From Camelus dromedarius (lineage: Eukaryota), in contig NC_087437.1 of NCBI RefSeq assembly GCF_036321535.1, positions 68,512,001 to 68,576,000 on the forward strand: DNA of 64,000 bases, written 5' to 3'. This document shows, piece by piece, positions 52,858 to 64,000 of this stretch; the stretch's first letter is position 1, and the number at the start of each line of letters is the position of its first letter. A model generated the notes under the pieces. The model did no database searches. It had not been told where the DNA came from and worked only from the letters and a program-made list of their open reading frames with translations. The translations under genes were made by a program, and so were the position numbers.

Positions 52858-54396
52858 CACTAAGGCTGTAATTATTTTTGTATGTGTTTGTTTCTCCAAA
52901 TGAAATCCCTGGGGCTTCAAGAGCAAGATTTCCTCTCTGTCTTTGTATCCCACATGCCACCTGGAGTGGGACAGACAGACTTGTGATTTTTCAGTGGGTG
53001 TCTGAAAGCACAAGCTGATACAACTGGGTCAATCAATTGATAAATTGATCAGATACCTCCCAGACAATGGTTTTTTAAAATGTATTCACAGGAAAGTATT
53101 GATAACCTTAAGACATTTCCAGTTGTCTTGAGTTTTAGTTGCCTTTGCAGAAAGGTATTTAATGAGATCCCTTGTCACGTGAATATTGTCATGTGAATTA
53201 GTTATTTTCTTTCAGTCCTCATTAAGAACAGCCATTTTTACTTCATTTTAACGGAACTAAAGCAGATAAGCCATCTTTCAGTGGTCCCTGTTAGGATTAT
53301 TGGAGAAAACTGGTAACCTTTGCAGTTGCAGAATAGAGTAGAGGCATTTTATATGAGTTATCACTTTAGCTATTTCCATGTATAGTGGTTGTTGGTTTCT
53401 TTGCAATTTTTCACTACTGCTACTTTTTGTTATCTTTAAAATTTTTTAAATTCCAATATTTCTTTGGGAATTTCTTTCCACATTTTTTTCATTTTATCCC
53501 CTCAAGTGCCTGCAGTACCACACTCAGTTATTGGCTATCCATGTGATATATTTTCATGGAAATGGAAAAATACTCAGTAATCCTCCTTTTATTTCCCCAA
53601 GTAGCTCATTGATGCTTGAAATTGTAAAACTAGAGATTCATTCCTTTGGCTTAAAACTTGGGCCCTTATTAAAAGATTATCTTTTTTAATAGAACATTTT
53701 CCTTCCTTAAACCTGTATGATCCAATATGATATTTTTCTACCATTTATCATACTCATTTTCTATTGCACTTATTTGGATATTTATCTTACGTCCCCTACT
53801 ACATTATTAGCTTCTTGAAGTCAACAGTTATTTCTTCCTCATCTTTCTATGTCCTTTTGTTCCCAGCTACATCTCTTCAAATGGATTAAATGTTGCTTAT
53901 AAGACGTGACACAGAACCCTACTATAAGGTCAGATTAAGTTACCAATTATTGGGCTAAAAATCACAATTCCGCAGAGCAGGAGAAACTGCAGCCTAATGT
54001 AGTCTATCTGCACCCTAACAGGTGGCACACAGCTGATGGGGACACTAGCTTCACAAAGTCTTAGTGGATCTGAACCCTTGATGACTTGGTGCATCACAGT
54101 TTTTTTCCTCCTAAGGCTGATACAATCATCACGAAGAACTGATGCAAATAATCTTTTTCTTACAAGGGCTTCCACTGATGGGAGTATCTTCACAATTGGA
54201 CATTTCCATTTCTTAGCCAGACAGTGGGAGTAGAGTCGTATCCTCATGTGTGGGAGGAAAGTTGTGCCAGTGCCCAGGGAACCTAAACTCTGCATAGATC
54301 TCTGCCTCTAGCTCTGCAGCCTCTCAGAAAGCCCATCTCCCTGCACCAGCACAATTCTTTGTATGTAATGGTCATTCCTTTCAAATATTTTGAGAT

Positions 54397-54441
54397 GCAC
54401 GCACGCATGTGCACACACACATACACACACACACACACACA
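54397..54441. repeat. (CA)n microsatellite
   Basis: Seen directly. Confidence 0.9.
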
Positions 54442-54469
54442 GCAGAGAGATTAAGAAGAATTAGTCTGT

Positions 54470-54625
54470 AGAGTCAATGTTCTTGCAGAAAACAGATGAA
54501 TCTCAGCAAGGTCAAGTAAGATGCTTTTGGTCACACAGCTAGTCAATGAAAGAACTAGGTTTCTTAAACCCAGTGTGGTCTAGCTGTAGAGTCTGAGAAT
54601 TTTCCAACACACTGTGCTGCCTTCT
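54470..54625 (-). mobile_element. MIR SINE remnant
   Basis: GGTCAAGTAA..GGTCACACAGCTAGT..AAACCCAG..ACACTGTGCTGCCT. Confidence 0.65.
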
Positions 54626-56407
54626 TAGTCATGTGTCTAATAATGAAAGTAATCTGTTTGGCACTTTATATATATGTATGTGTATATATATTTAAAGGTA
54701 GTCTACCTGCTTTTCTTTCTGCTTTCTATTTATACTCATTCTGACTTTTTCTTTCACATTTGGTTGATTTTTTTTTTATCCTAGCCTTTTGTTTTCTTTT
54801 TTTTTCCCTCCTGCTCACTCATTTCTTCCTTCTTCTTCATTCTTTATCTCTTTTCCACTCTCTCTTTTCCAATTCCATTAATGAAAGTAGATAATAACTT
54901 GTGAATTCAAGTGGAACTTCATTTCTGAAACTGCACACTCATGCTGGAACCCATTAAGCTCGAGAGCGAGAAATGAGAGAAATCATAATTATCAGGCTAC
55001 TAAAATACATGAAACATAAAATTTGTCAGGGAAAGTAATTGAAATTATTGGAGCAGTTGGGCCTGGTGCTGAGCAGACCCTCCGTGATAATGGAAAGGTT
55101 ACGGGTGATGTTTAGCAATGCTGATGAGGTCCAAGGTGACGCCGCACCACCACAGTTAGCAAATTCACGCTCAGTTTATAATGTGCCAATTCATCTCTGA
55201 GAATCAGAGGAACAGCAGGGTTCAGGGAACCCCTTCAACTGTCCAGCAAAGCAGGTACTGAAGACTTGTTCTTTTCTTCACCTCTTTAATGGGTTGGGTT
55301 TTTGTTTTGTTTTGTTTTGTTTACTTTTTCTCATTCTGTTGTCTTCTCTCTCCTTGATTGTCTGCAGCTTCTCATTTTACTTCCTCTTGTTATTCTTTCA
55401 TCTTTTAATTTTTTTTCCTTTACTCTTTTTCACTTATTCTGAGTGCTACTGTTTTCTTTAATCCCATCGCAAATCATTTGACAATTTGTATAATTAATAT
55501 GTGAAGGGTGCTTTTCAACAACAGCAACTCTGTTACCTAAGGATCAGAATTTTCCTCCCTTTGGCCAAGGCTGCCTGCCACTGACATCAAACCACAGTCC
55601 AGATCTGCACATAGAGCTGCTCCTGCAGGTGTCAGTACCAAACAAATGCCATTACTGTACATGCTCCGTGGATGTTACCTGAGCAGATATGAATGTGCAG
55701 GAAAGAGAAAGAGGATGATTCTCAAACTGCCAACCTTGAAGTTCCTACGGGGTCTCTGACCTCAGCAAATGAAGAATTTTAAATACTCAGGGCTGCTTCA
55801 TCAGAGCCAAGTGTGTGGCTGGATCTGGAAATGAGACAGTATACAAACAAGCCCAGATCCAAAGGACATCAGCGTCTGTTTGGAAGACACAGATATTCAG
55901 AGAGAGAACTACTTCAGAGAGAGAAGGGCTGTGATTTTCATATGTATAAAATAAGAACACAGACATCTTTCCCGACTTGGACTTTCAGAAGGGAAGCCTT
56001 GAGTTACATCTTGAAGGACAAGTTAGAGCTAGCTGGGAGAGGAGAAAGAGAGGAGAATGGGATTTCACTCAGTAGATGTGCATGTACAAAGGCGTGGAGG
56101 AAAGACACTTTGACAGGCTCTGTAAGCAGTTTATTACAGCTAGAGTGTGAGATGCCTGACAGAGGAGGGAGGCTTCAGAGACAACTGGAGAGCCAGCCAG
56201 GCTCTTACGGGCTCTGCTGTGAAAAAAAAAAAAAGACAGTTGACTTTTTTACCTTGATCTCTTCTGGGCAGCCTCATTACACTGGAATAAATTAAATTCT
56301 AAAACCTTCTTTTACATGTGCTACTATTAAAGAGAGTTTGTTTGAACAACAAACAAGAAGCAGGATTTCCCAAGGCCTAGCATCAGTAACAATGCCAGGA
56401 AGAAACC

Positions 56408-56432
56408 GGGGGGGGGGGGGGGGGGGGGGGGG
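56408..56432 (+). repeat. Poly(G) run of 25 nt
   Basis: Seen directly. Confidence 0.95.
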
Positions 56433-57544
56433 AGGAGGAACGGGAGGGCACAGACTGCCTGGCGGGAAACCTGGGGCCTTGTTTCAAATCCTTTGTACAG
56501 AAAATTCTTGTATGTGAAGCTCTCGGAAAAAATCGTATAAAACTGAAAGTTGTAAAAATTCCCTAATAAGAAGAAGAAGAAAGAAATAAAGAGATGGAGA
56601 GAGACTAAGAGAAATATTCTGAAAAGCCTAGTGATGAATACCTTAGAGAGTCTCAGGAAGAAATGGCCAATTATAAGAGTGTCCACTACAATTCTTTTCT
56701 TGCCTTATGTATTCTTCATGGCTGTTATAATACTTTGGGGATGAAAAATTTCTGGCTGTCACTTAAGGACAATCTATGATCACTTTTCCAGAATTTTCTC
56801 TAATTTTAGGTCAGTTATTATACTTAGAAAAATGTTTTTACTATTCCACTGGAAAAAAAAAAAGACATGCTATCTGCAACACTAATTGCCAAAAACTAAG
56901 TAATATGGCACTGAAAATAAAGAAGTTTTATAATATAATGGGTCATAGGAATAAAAAGAGACTAGACTGTATATAATCTTACAGATTTCTCTGCAGCACC
57001 TATATGCAAACATCATATACCACAAGAAACAAAACATGAATTCTAAGCTCCAGGCATTGAATTGTCAACCAGTGTTCCCAAATTGCCAAGACGATGATAT
57101 TATTTCAAACTTGAAACAATCTAATGAGAGTATCTGCTGAGCTATTGTTGTTTAATAGAAGTTTACCATGTTAGTTTTACTATTTCTACATTAAACTTCA
57201 TTTTGTCAGTGCAAAATGAACACTTGACCTGAGTCACTGAGACTGTAGGTAAAGGGCAGAATTAGGGACAGATTAGGAATTGCCAGAGCATTTATAAGAG
57301 GGCAGTTATATTTGTGACTATACAAATAGTTGAATAAATAATTTCTAGTAAATGATATCAAATGGTGTAAGTACCTTATTTTAGGATGTAAGGTAGAAAG
57401 GCTGCTTCTTATTGCTCTAAGTAATAAGAAGAAAACTTATAGTTTTGGACAGAGGTATAACTAAATGGAGAACCTACAATTACAGACAGTGTAATTTTTC
57501 TCCCTGTCCCATTTCATGTCACAAGGAAGGTACTGATCTTCAGT

Positions 57545-57720
57545 GAAGAGCTGGAAGGTAACTTTGAAACATTTGTTATAACCTTTAATTCAGTAGATGA
57601 GGAATTCATGTCCCAATGAGGATTACTCATTTTCCAAGATTTCACAGTTAATTAATGGCAAAATTAAGGCTCAGACTCAGTTCTTCAAATCTCTGACCCA
57701 TGCACCTTCCACTTCAACAC
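57545..57720 (-). mobile_element. MIR (MIR3-like) remnant
   Basis: GAGCTGGAAGG..AGATGAGGAA..CCAAGATTTCACAGTTAATTAATGGCA. Confidence 0.6.
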
Positions 57721-58502
57721 TGGCTTTTCTTAACTATTGTATTTCTTCCTACACTGTTTTCCTTTAAGAGATTTTGTGAGAGTTACCATTTATCTTCACG
57801 TCTGTTATTCTATCCAGCAGATGAGGAGCAATGAAAGTATTCTTCTCTGTTAATTTAAAGTTGCTTTAGTAAAAGGATTCATTTCATTTATAAACATACC
57901 ACAAATAGTATGAATACAAATATGTTCTGAATTTAATACTGCAAAATTTCTATCTTGTTAAGTTCTCCCACACTGAGAATATCATGTAAATGTGGAAAAC
58001 AGGCACTTTCAACAGAATTTCTGAAATCTGATGATGCTCAGTAATTATGTCAATTAGCAAAAAAAAAAAAAAAATCTCTGAGTCATATTTTTGACCACTA
58101 GAAGCTCTTTTTATGTTCAGGTGCCACTGGAAAAAATACTCCCAGATACAGCAGCTTTAAAGCATTTGCTCAACAGTGAAATTTCACAGGAAGAAAGGTT
58201 AGAGCTGGGAACACACCAGAGAACTAATTGCTAAGAAAGCTGCCTTTATGTACACACTGCAGTAATTCATAGAGATACCATTTAAAAAGAGAAAATCAAC
58301 AGTTCTGTTCTGTAGACACTGTCCTCTAGAATAGGGGAGAGAATGAGGGGTTCTCATGACTCTGGGGATTTTCTAAAAGGCACAACTGTTGATGCATTAC
58401 TGGAAATCATGCAGGCAGTCTTGTAGGAAAGAGGGGGACTATTCAAGCTTTATAATTCCAAAAAAAAAGAAAAATCATTGACCCCCCCCCCCCCCCCCCG
58501 TG

Positions 58503-59108
58503 TGTTGTAGAACCCAGACTTGTGTGCCTGACACACAGTGAGGCCAAACACAATGAAAAGTCAGAGTCTGGAGCAGGGAAAGGTTTATTGCAAGGAGAAT
58601 GGGCAGCTCATGCTCAAAAGACCTGAACTCCCAGATGGGTATCAGGGAAGAGTTTTTAAAGGCAAATTTGGGGGGAGGGCTGCAGGAGTGTGACTTTCTT
58701 CTGATTGGTTGGTGGTGAGGTAACAGGGTGGTGTAACAGGAATCTCAAACAGCAGCCTTCTGGTTGTGACCAGTGTGGGGTGCACTGCTTATTGCTAAGC
58801 CTGAAGTTACCATCTCCTATCTGGGCGGAGGCCTTAGTTCCTACAGTAGAACTCAGAGATTTGTATCAGATTGCTATAAATATCCCTTGAGCAGGAGACT
58901 AGGGCCCTGCTCCATGGATGCATTATTGGTTCTTGACTGCTTTTCCTGGTTCTGCATTCTCTCACTCCCCTAATTAGTAACTGTTTGAATCTACCCTTTG
59001 GAACTCAGGAAAGGTCTAGAAGGCTTAAGCCTTTTTCCTGTAAACAAGAATGGGACACAGAAAAGCTTTTGTACCTAGGAGGGCCCCACAGGGTCCTGCT
59101 CAGTTTCA
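58503..59108 (-). mobile_element. ERV1-type solo LTR (about 606 bp)
   Basis: On the minus strand it starts TGAAACTGAGCAGG and ends ..CTACAACA (TG..CA); AATAAA (TTTATT on +, about 58584) and CCAAT (ATTGG on +) lie in the expected order. Confidence 0.8.
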
Positions 59109-59159
59109 AGGGGGCTTCCCAGTATGGTACACCAAGTTCAGTTTTCTTTTCTTTTCCTT

Positions 59160-59247
59160 TTTTAAAAAAAAAGTTCTTTTAAAATTTTTATGAAAATACA
59201 ACTGATACACAACAAACTGCACTTAAAGTCTACAATTTGATAAATCT

Positions 59248-59289
<42 letters not shown>

Positions 59290-59350
59290 ATGAAACTGTA
59301 GCACAATCAAATTAATGGCCATATTCATCACCCCCAAATGTTTCCTCATG

Positions 59351-59391
<41 letters not shown>

Positions 59392-59870
59392 GTGAAACTG
59401 TAGCACAATCAAATTAATGACCATATTCATCACCCCCAAATGTTTCCTCATGCCTCTCTGTGAGTTCCCCTCTGAACTGCTGCCTCCTTTTGTCTCCAGG
59501 CAACCACTGGTCTGCTTTCTGTTCCTATAGATTAATCTGAATTTTCTAGAATTTTATATAAACAGAATCATACAGCGTGTACTTTCTTGTCTGGCTTCTT
59601 TCACTCAGTATAATACTTTGAGATGCATCTATGGTGTTGAATATATCAAGAATCCATTCAAGCCATTCCTTTTTTTATTGCTGAGTACTGTTCTACTGTA
59701 TGGATATGCCACATATTGTTCATCCACTCATCTATTGATGGGTTGTTTCCAGTTTGGGGCTATTACAAAGAAAGTTGATGTGCACATTCATGTATAAGTG
59801 TTTATATGTACATATTTTTTGAGTAAAAACCTAGGATAAAAATAGATCATATAGTAGGTTTATGTTTAGA
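59160..59870 (-). mobile_element. L1 3' fragment (L1MB-like) containing a tandem duplication
   Basis: CAGGCAACCACTGGTCTGCTTTCTG..TTTTCTAGAATTTTATATAA..GTCTGGCTTCTTTCACTCAG..TTGTTTCCAGTTTGGGGCTATTAC. Confidence 0.88.
59253..59455. repeat. Tandem duplication, period 102 bp: (TA)n plus about 67 bp
   Basis: Unique parts start at 59287 and 59389 and differ at two positions. Confidence 0.95.
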
Positions 59871-60234
59871 CTTCTTTATCATAGAGAAAAGGTTCAGCTG
59901 AAACAGCACCTTTCAGCAACCTTTGTGAGGAAATGGCTTGACTCAGAATTAAGGTACTCAGAGCCTTTTGTTCTTAGCTTCAGGTTCCCTTAGTTACAAC
60001 TCCCATAAAATTGGGGGAAAAAAGTGTAGAGTTTCTCACAATCTGGGATGCAAATATATGAGAAAAGAATTAAAAATAAAACCAATTTCAGAAGACTTGC
60101 TAGTGCTCTAGAGACCCTTTTTTCAGTGGAAATCATGTAAGTGAAGAAGAAACTACACTTCACTCTCACAAAGGATGTTTGGAGCTTCCAGAACAAGTGA
60201 CTTATAACTGGACAATATTCCAAAAGTGTAGCAC

Positions 60235-60826
60235 TGTTACCAAATTGGTCAGGTCTTATCCCAGGCCTAGACCGCCTCTCCCTGTCCTGGCCAGGGAGGT
60301 TCTTTTTCTGTTTGGATCCATGCAGCCAATAACCAAACCAGTGCTGGGACAGCACAAGCTTTATTCAATGGCCAAAGAACAGAGAAGTGGGAACCTAATT
60401 TGTGCATCATTTTCTGAACCCAACTCGGGTGGAGACATAAATATATATCTACATCGGAAGATCAAGGTAAAAGGGACGGAATTGGAATGAATGGAGGAAT
60501 ATTCACGAGTTATTTGAGCACAAGGGTGTGTAGTTTACACTTAAAACTGATGCAGCTCTCTTTTTCAGTCCTTGTGTGGGCTCTTCCCGTTGTTGTCACG
60601 GCGCTGATGGGTGTGTCACTTAGCATGCTAATGTGTTACAATGAGTGTATAATTCGGCTCAAGTTCCAATGGAAGTCGAATCCTCTGCCATCTTGGGCGT
60701 AGTTGGTGCTAGTCAGTTTTTGTTCTTTTCCCTCTGCAGTTCCTCCTGAGCCTTAGATAAGAGTAACTGGTTTCTGTTTGAGGGAGGGGCAGGGATATGA
60801 TCCTGGAGGCAACAGCCAGGTTAACA
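60235..60826 (-). mobile_element. Second ERV-type solo LTR (about 592 bp)
   Basis: Termini TGTTA..TAACA form a short inverted repeat; minus-strand AATAAA (CTTTATT on +, about 60360). Confidence 0.7.
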
Positions 60827-61207
60827 ATAACAGCCATCAGTTTTAAAACCATGTATTTGTATTAGGCTAACTAATTCACATACTTCAAGTACTGATGAGA
60901 AATATCAGGATTGGTGTTTTTTCACATGTTGATTCACATAGGAGAACTTTTCACATACTTTTACTCATTGGATTCTCATGGAATCTCTGTCAAGGAGTCA
61001 GAAAAAAATTATTTTTTCCCATTTCCTACCGTTGTAGGAAGTGGAGCTCGACAAAGTTTAGAAAGTCAGCCTGGTATAGTAGTCAGAATTTCTACACTGA
61101 GGGTCAGGAGAGCTGGGCTACAGTCTGCATGCCTTTGTCATTTGACTACTGTCATTTAAGCCCTGTAGGCCTTACTCTTCTTGATGAAATAAAAAGTTTG
61201 AGTGGCA

Positions 61208-61490
61208 TCAGTTTTCTCAAATTATGTTCTTAGAAATATGGTCTTTTTAAGGTTCATAATAAAATATGTAGAGAGAGTCAAATATGGTTGTGGAAAATGT
61301 AGAATTCCCTTCTGGAGAATCATAATATACATACCTATAAAAGGCTCTGAGATTTCTTAAAGAGCCCTGTTCAACTTTGAGTCACTAGCATTTCCCAAAG
61401 TTATTTGCCCTAGAACTTTTTTGCTTATTAATCCTCTAGTGTGTAACATCTCATGTAATTCTTCTAAAAAACACAATGAGAAACCCTGAA
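61208..61490. mobile_element. Old hAT-Charlie-type DNA transposon remnant
   Basis: CAGTTTTCTCAAA left end and TGAGAAACCCTG right end are roughly inverted; internal GGCTCTGAGA..GCATTTCCCAAAGTTATTTG. Confidence 0.55.
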
Positions 61491-63899
61491 ATAAATAACT
61501 TCTCAAATTCCGGAAGTCCTAACAGTCTCTCTGCTTTGAAAGATGTTATGGTCCGACATAAACAGAACAAAGCGTTGGAGGAATGGAGACCAGAAGCAGG
61601 GTTTCCTCACTCCTTGTCCACTGCTGTTTTCATGGTACTAACAGGACAAATCAGATCCTTCCTTATGGTGCTTCATGATGGCACATCTGGACCCACCGAT
61701 GGGCAAGTTTTCATGACAGTACAATTCCTTGGCCTAATTCTGACCAGGAATGAACTTACCAGCATTTATTATTTCTTCTGGTCACGTTTCCTTCATAGGC
61801 AGTGCTTATATGACTGAAGTTTCTGTAGAAAGTGCCAACTTACTTAAGGTTGTTAGAGGAATCCGTTTACAGGTGAGGTGTGTTTAAATTGAAAATTTTA
61901 TTTGGAAATAGCAAGGCTTATTTCATGCAGACAAAATAAAATGGGAATATTGAATCGCCGGCCAATTTCCCTTTCAGTCTTTGTTTCTGACCAGGACTAC
62001 TCTGCTCCCCAAATCAGCAGGTGGAGACGGTTCCTGTGAAGTCTGCCTTAGACTCCCTCATTTAGAAATTTCCACGGCACCAGAAATCAGTATCTAGAGA
62101 ATCCCAAAGAACAAATGAGAGGAAATGATCCCCTCATTTCTCACCCCCTGTTCTGTCACTAAGACAGCGGGGTCCTTGTCTCACACAGAGGTAGTCACAC
62201 AACTCTATTTTAGAGGAAGAGCAGAAGTCTGCAATTTTCTCACTAGTGCTTCTAGTTTTACCTCTAATTTCTCCAGGACAGTAAAAAAAAAAAAAAAAAA
62301 AAAAAAAATGATATTCTAAACAATATGAAGATTGAGCTTTTTAAAAATATCTGTATTACAGGACTAAGTAATGAAACTCTTTCCGCCTTCAGGTTCTAAG
62401 AAACGTGTTGCAAATCCATTAAGTGTATTTAAGTGTATACATAATATTAAAAATACAATTGGTCTTTATGGTATATTATTTTATACAATTTTGAAGGAGA
62501 AAGAAAGATGGAAGATGCAGGCATATGAAATGTGCACGTATACAGCTTGGATTGGCTTAAAAACAAGTTTAAAGGTGTTAAAACCCAGCCACTAAGGTGT
62601 TCACACTAACATACCAACTCTGCTGGCAAATTGAAGTTCGTTTTTCTGTTCTCAAACAAGATTGCCGAGATCCACGTGCTGACTGATGTTTGATCTACGT
62701 GAGATTCAGAACTGGATTTTTAAGAACTCCGCTGAGAGTCTCATGCTCTTACTATCAATTTCTCTTTTCTAAAAATGTAGGGCATATGCCCATTTATTTT
62801 CCAAATGAACTCTATAAGATTTTGAATAATAAATAGCTTGAATAATGGTACCAATTGAAATTCCTGATGAAAGGAAGCTGAATTCTTCTACTGGATGATT
62901 CTGATTTTGTTCACAATAATGGAAAGAAGGTAAAGTGTCAGAGTAGGATTGAGGGAGGCAGGTTGTTCTATTATCTCTTTTTAATATGCTAGGCTATTTT
63001 CCACTATTAAACTCACATGCATTTTATTTAATGTAAAATAAATAATAACACTCTCCTTCCTTCATTCACTTGTTTCCGTCTTTAAAAGCTCGTTTCTGGT
63101 TGCCATGGTGATGGTGCCACTCTGATATTTATTTAAGTGAAACACTTTCATCTCACTGCCTTGAAGACAGGTACTGGAAGGGCCAGAAGAAAACACCTGA
63201 CAACACAGCCTGCTCGCTGGAATAAAGGGCCCTCATTCTGTGGCCAATGGCCAGTCACCCTGATAAGAGAAATCATCCTGTAAGAGTAATGGAAGGGCGT
63301 CTTATCTCTCACTGTGCAGTTTTATTTTCTCTTTTAATTGTTTTATTTTGTTATGTTTTGTTTTATAAAAGAGTAAGAAATAATGTTAGGGATTAATAGG
63401 CAATGTTTAAAACTGAAGTCATTTGTAGACAGATCTGCTCCTTGGATTTAAGAAGACCTTTAGAGATGAAGAGGGAAAGAAACCTTTAAGAGAAAGCCCC
63501 TTTTTACTCTTAAAAAGTGAAACAGAGGAACGGCACCATTTATAATAAAGAAGACACTCCCTAAATTGTACCTGTTTGTAGTTATGGCCAACCTATTGAA
63601 ATTGGTTTCAAGTCTGTGGCCACAGTGAATACCATGATGTCTTCATTTAGAAAAATCAGCACATTTCCACTTGCTATGCAACTTAAGGTTGCCTGCTGCG
63701 TACAACTCTAGCAGAGGAACTCTGGCGTTTAAAATCATAATGGGAATCACTTTTGATGGACTTCAGTTTACAAAAGTACTATCTCTCATTATCCAAGCAC
63801 ATTTAACTCTAATACATTATGTTAGGAGAGTTAAGTGTTAGGAGATTGTTTGTATCTGTACTTTACTTCTCCGCTCTGCTGCTGCTGATGTCACCTTGG

Positions 63900-64000
63900 C
63901 AGAGCAACAAAGGTTTAAGAATGGCCTCTGGAGTCAAATATACTGAACCTACACTCCACAACTTCCTTGCTGTGTGAAGGTGGGCAAATAACTTTGCGTA
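63900..64000 (+). mobile_element. MIR SINE 5' part (cut by window edge)
   Basis: TTAAGAATGGCCTCTGGAGTCA..CTTCCTTGCTGTGTGA..TGGGCAAATAACTT. Confidence 0.7.

Noticed and set aside
55813..56295. Longest ORF in the track (160 aa)
   Set aside because: Non-ATG start, no recognisable domain, overlaps L2-like purine-rich sequence and an A-run.
59230..59451. ORF with an internal peptide repeat; superficially array-like DNA
   Set aside because: Product of the tandem duplication and (TA)n; not coding and not a CRISPR array in this eukaryotic DNA.

Overview
Mammalian genomic DNA: AT-rich, CpG-poor and repeat-rich. Two tRNA-derived SINEs resembling the camelid Vic-1 family suggest a camelid genome (Camelus/Vicugna). 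I cannot recognise any protein-coding gene, RNA gene or intact mobile element. The ORF track is explained by chance, microsatellites and decayed repeats. The window is mostly ancient and lineage-specific interspersed repeats (L1 3' ends, L2, CR1/L3, MIR, MaLR/ERV solo LTRs, hAT DNA transposons) separated by unique blocks that look like conserved non-coding or enhancer DNA. L1 and LTR remnants are biased to the minus strand, which suggests a long intron of a plus-strand gene. The most notable unexplained structures are: a perfect 17-bp-arm hairpin next to a two-way TATA element with flanking candidate exons (about 46.0-47.5 kb), a candidate exon near 1.1-1.5 kb, candidate recursive splice sites, and a 102-bp tandem duplication. 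Repeat family names and boundaries were assigned by eye and are approximate. No novel biological system is demonstrated; all such items are hypotheses.
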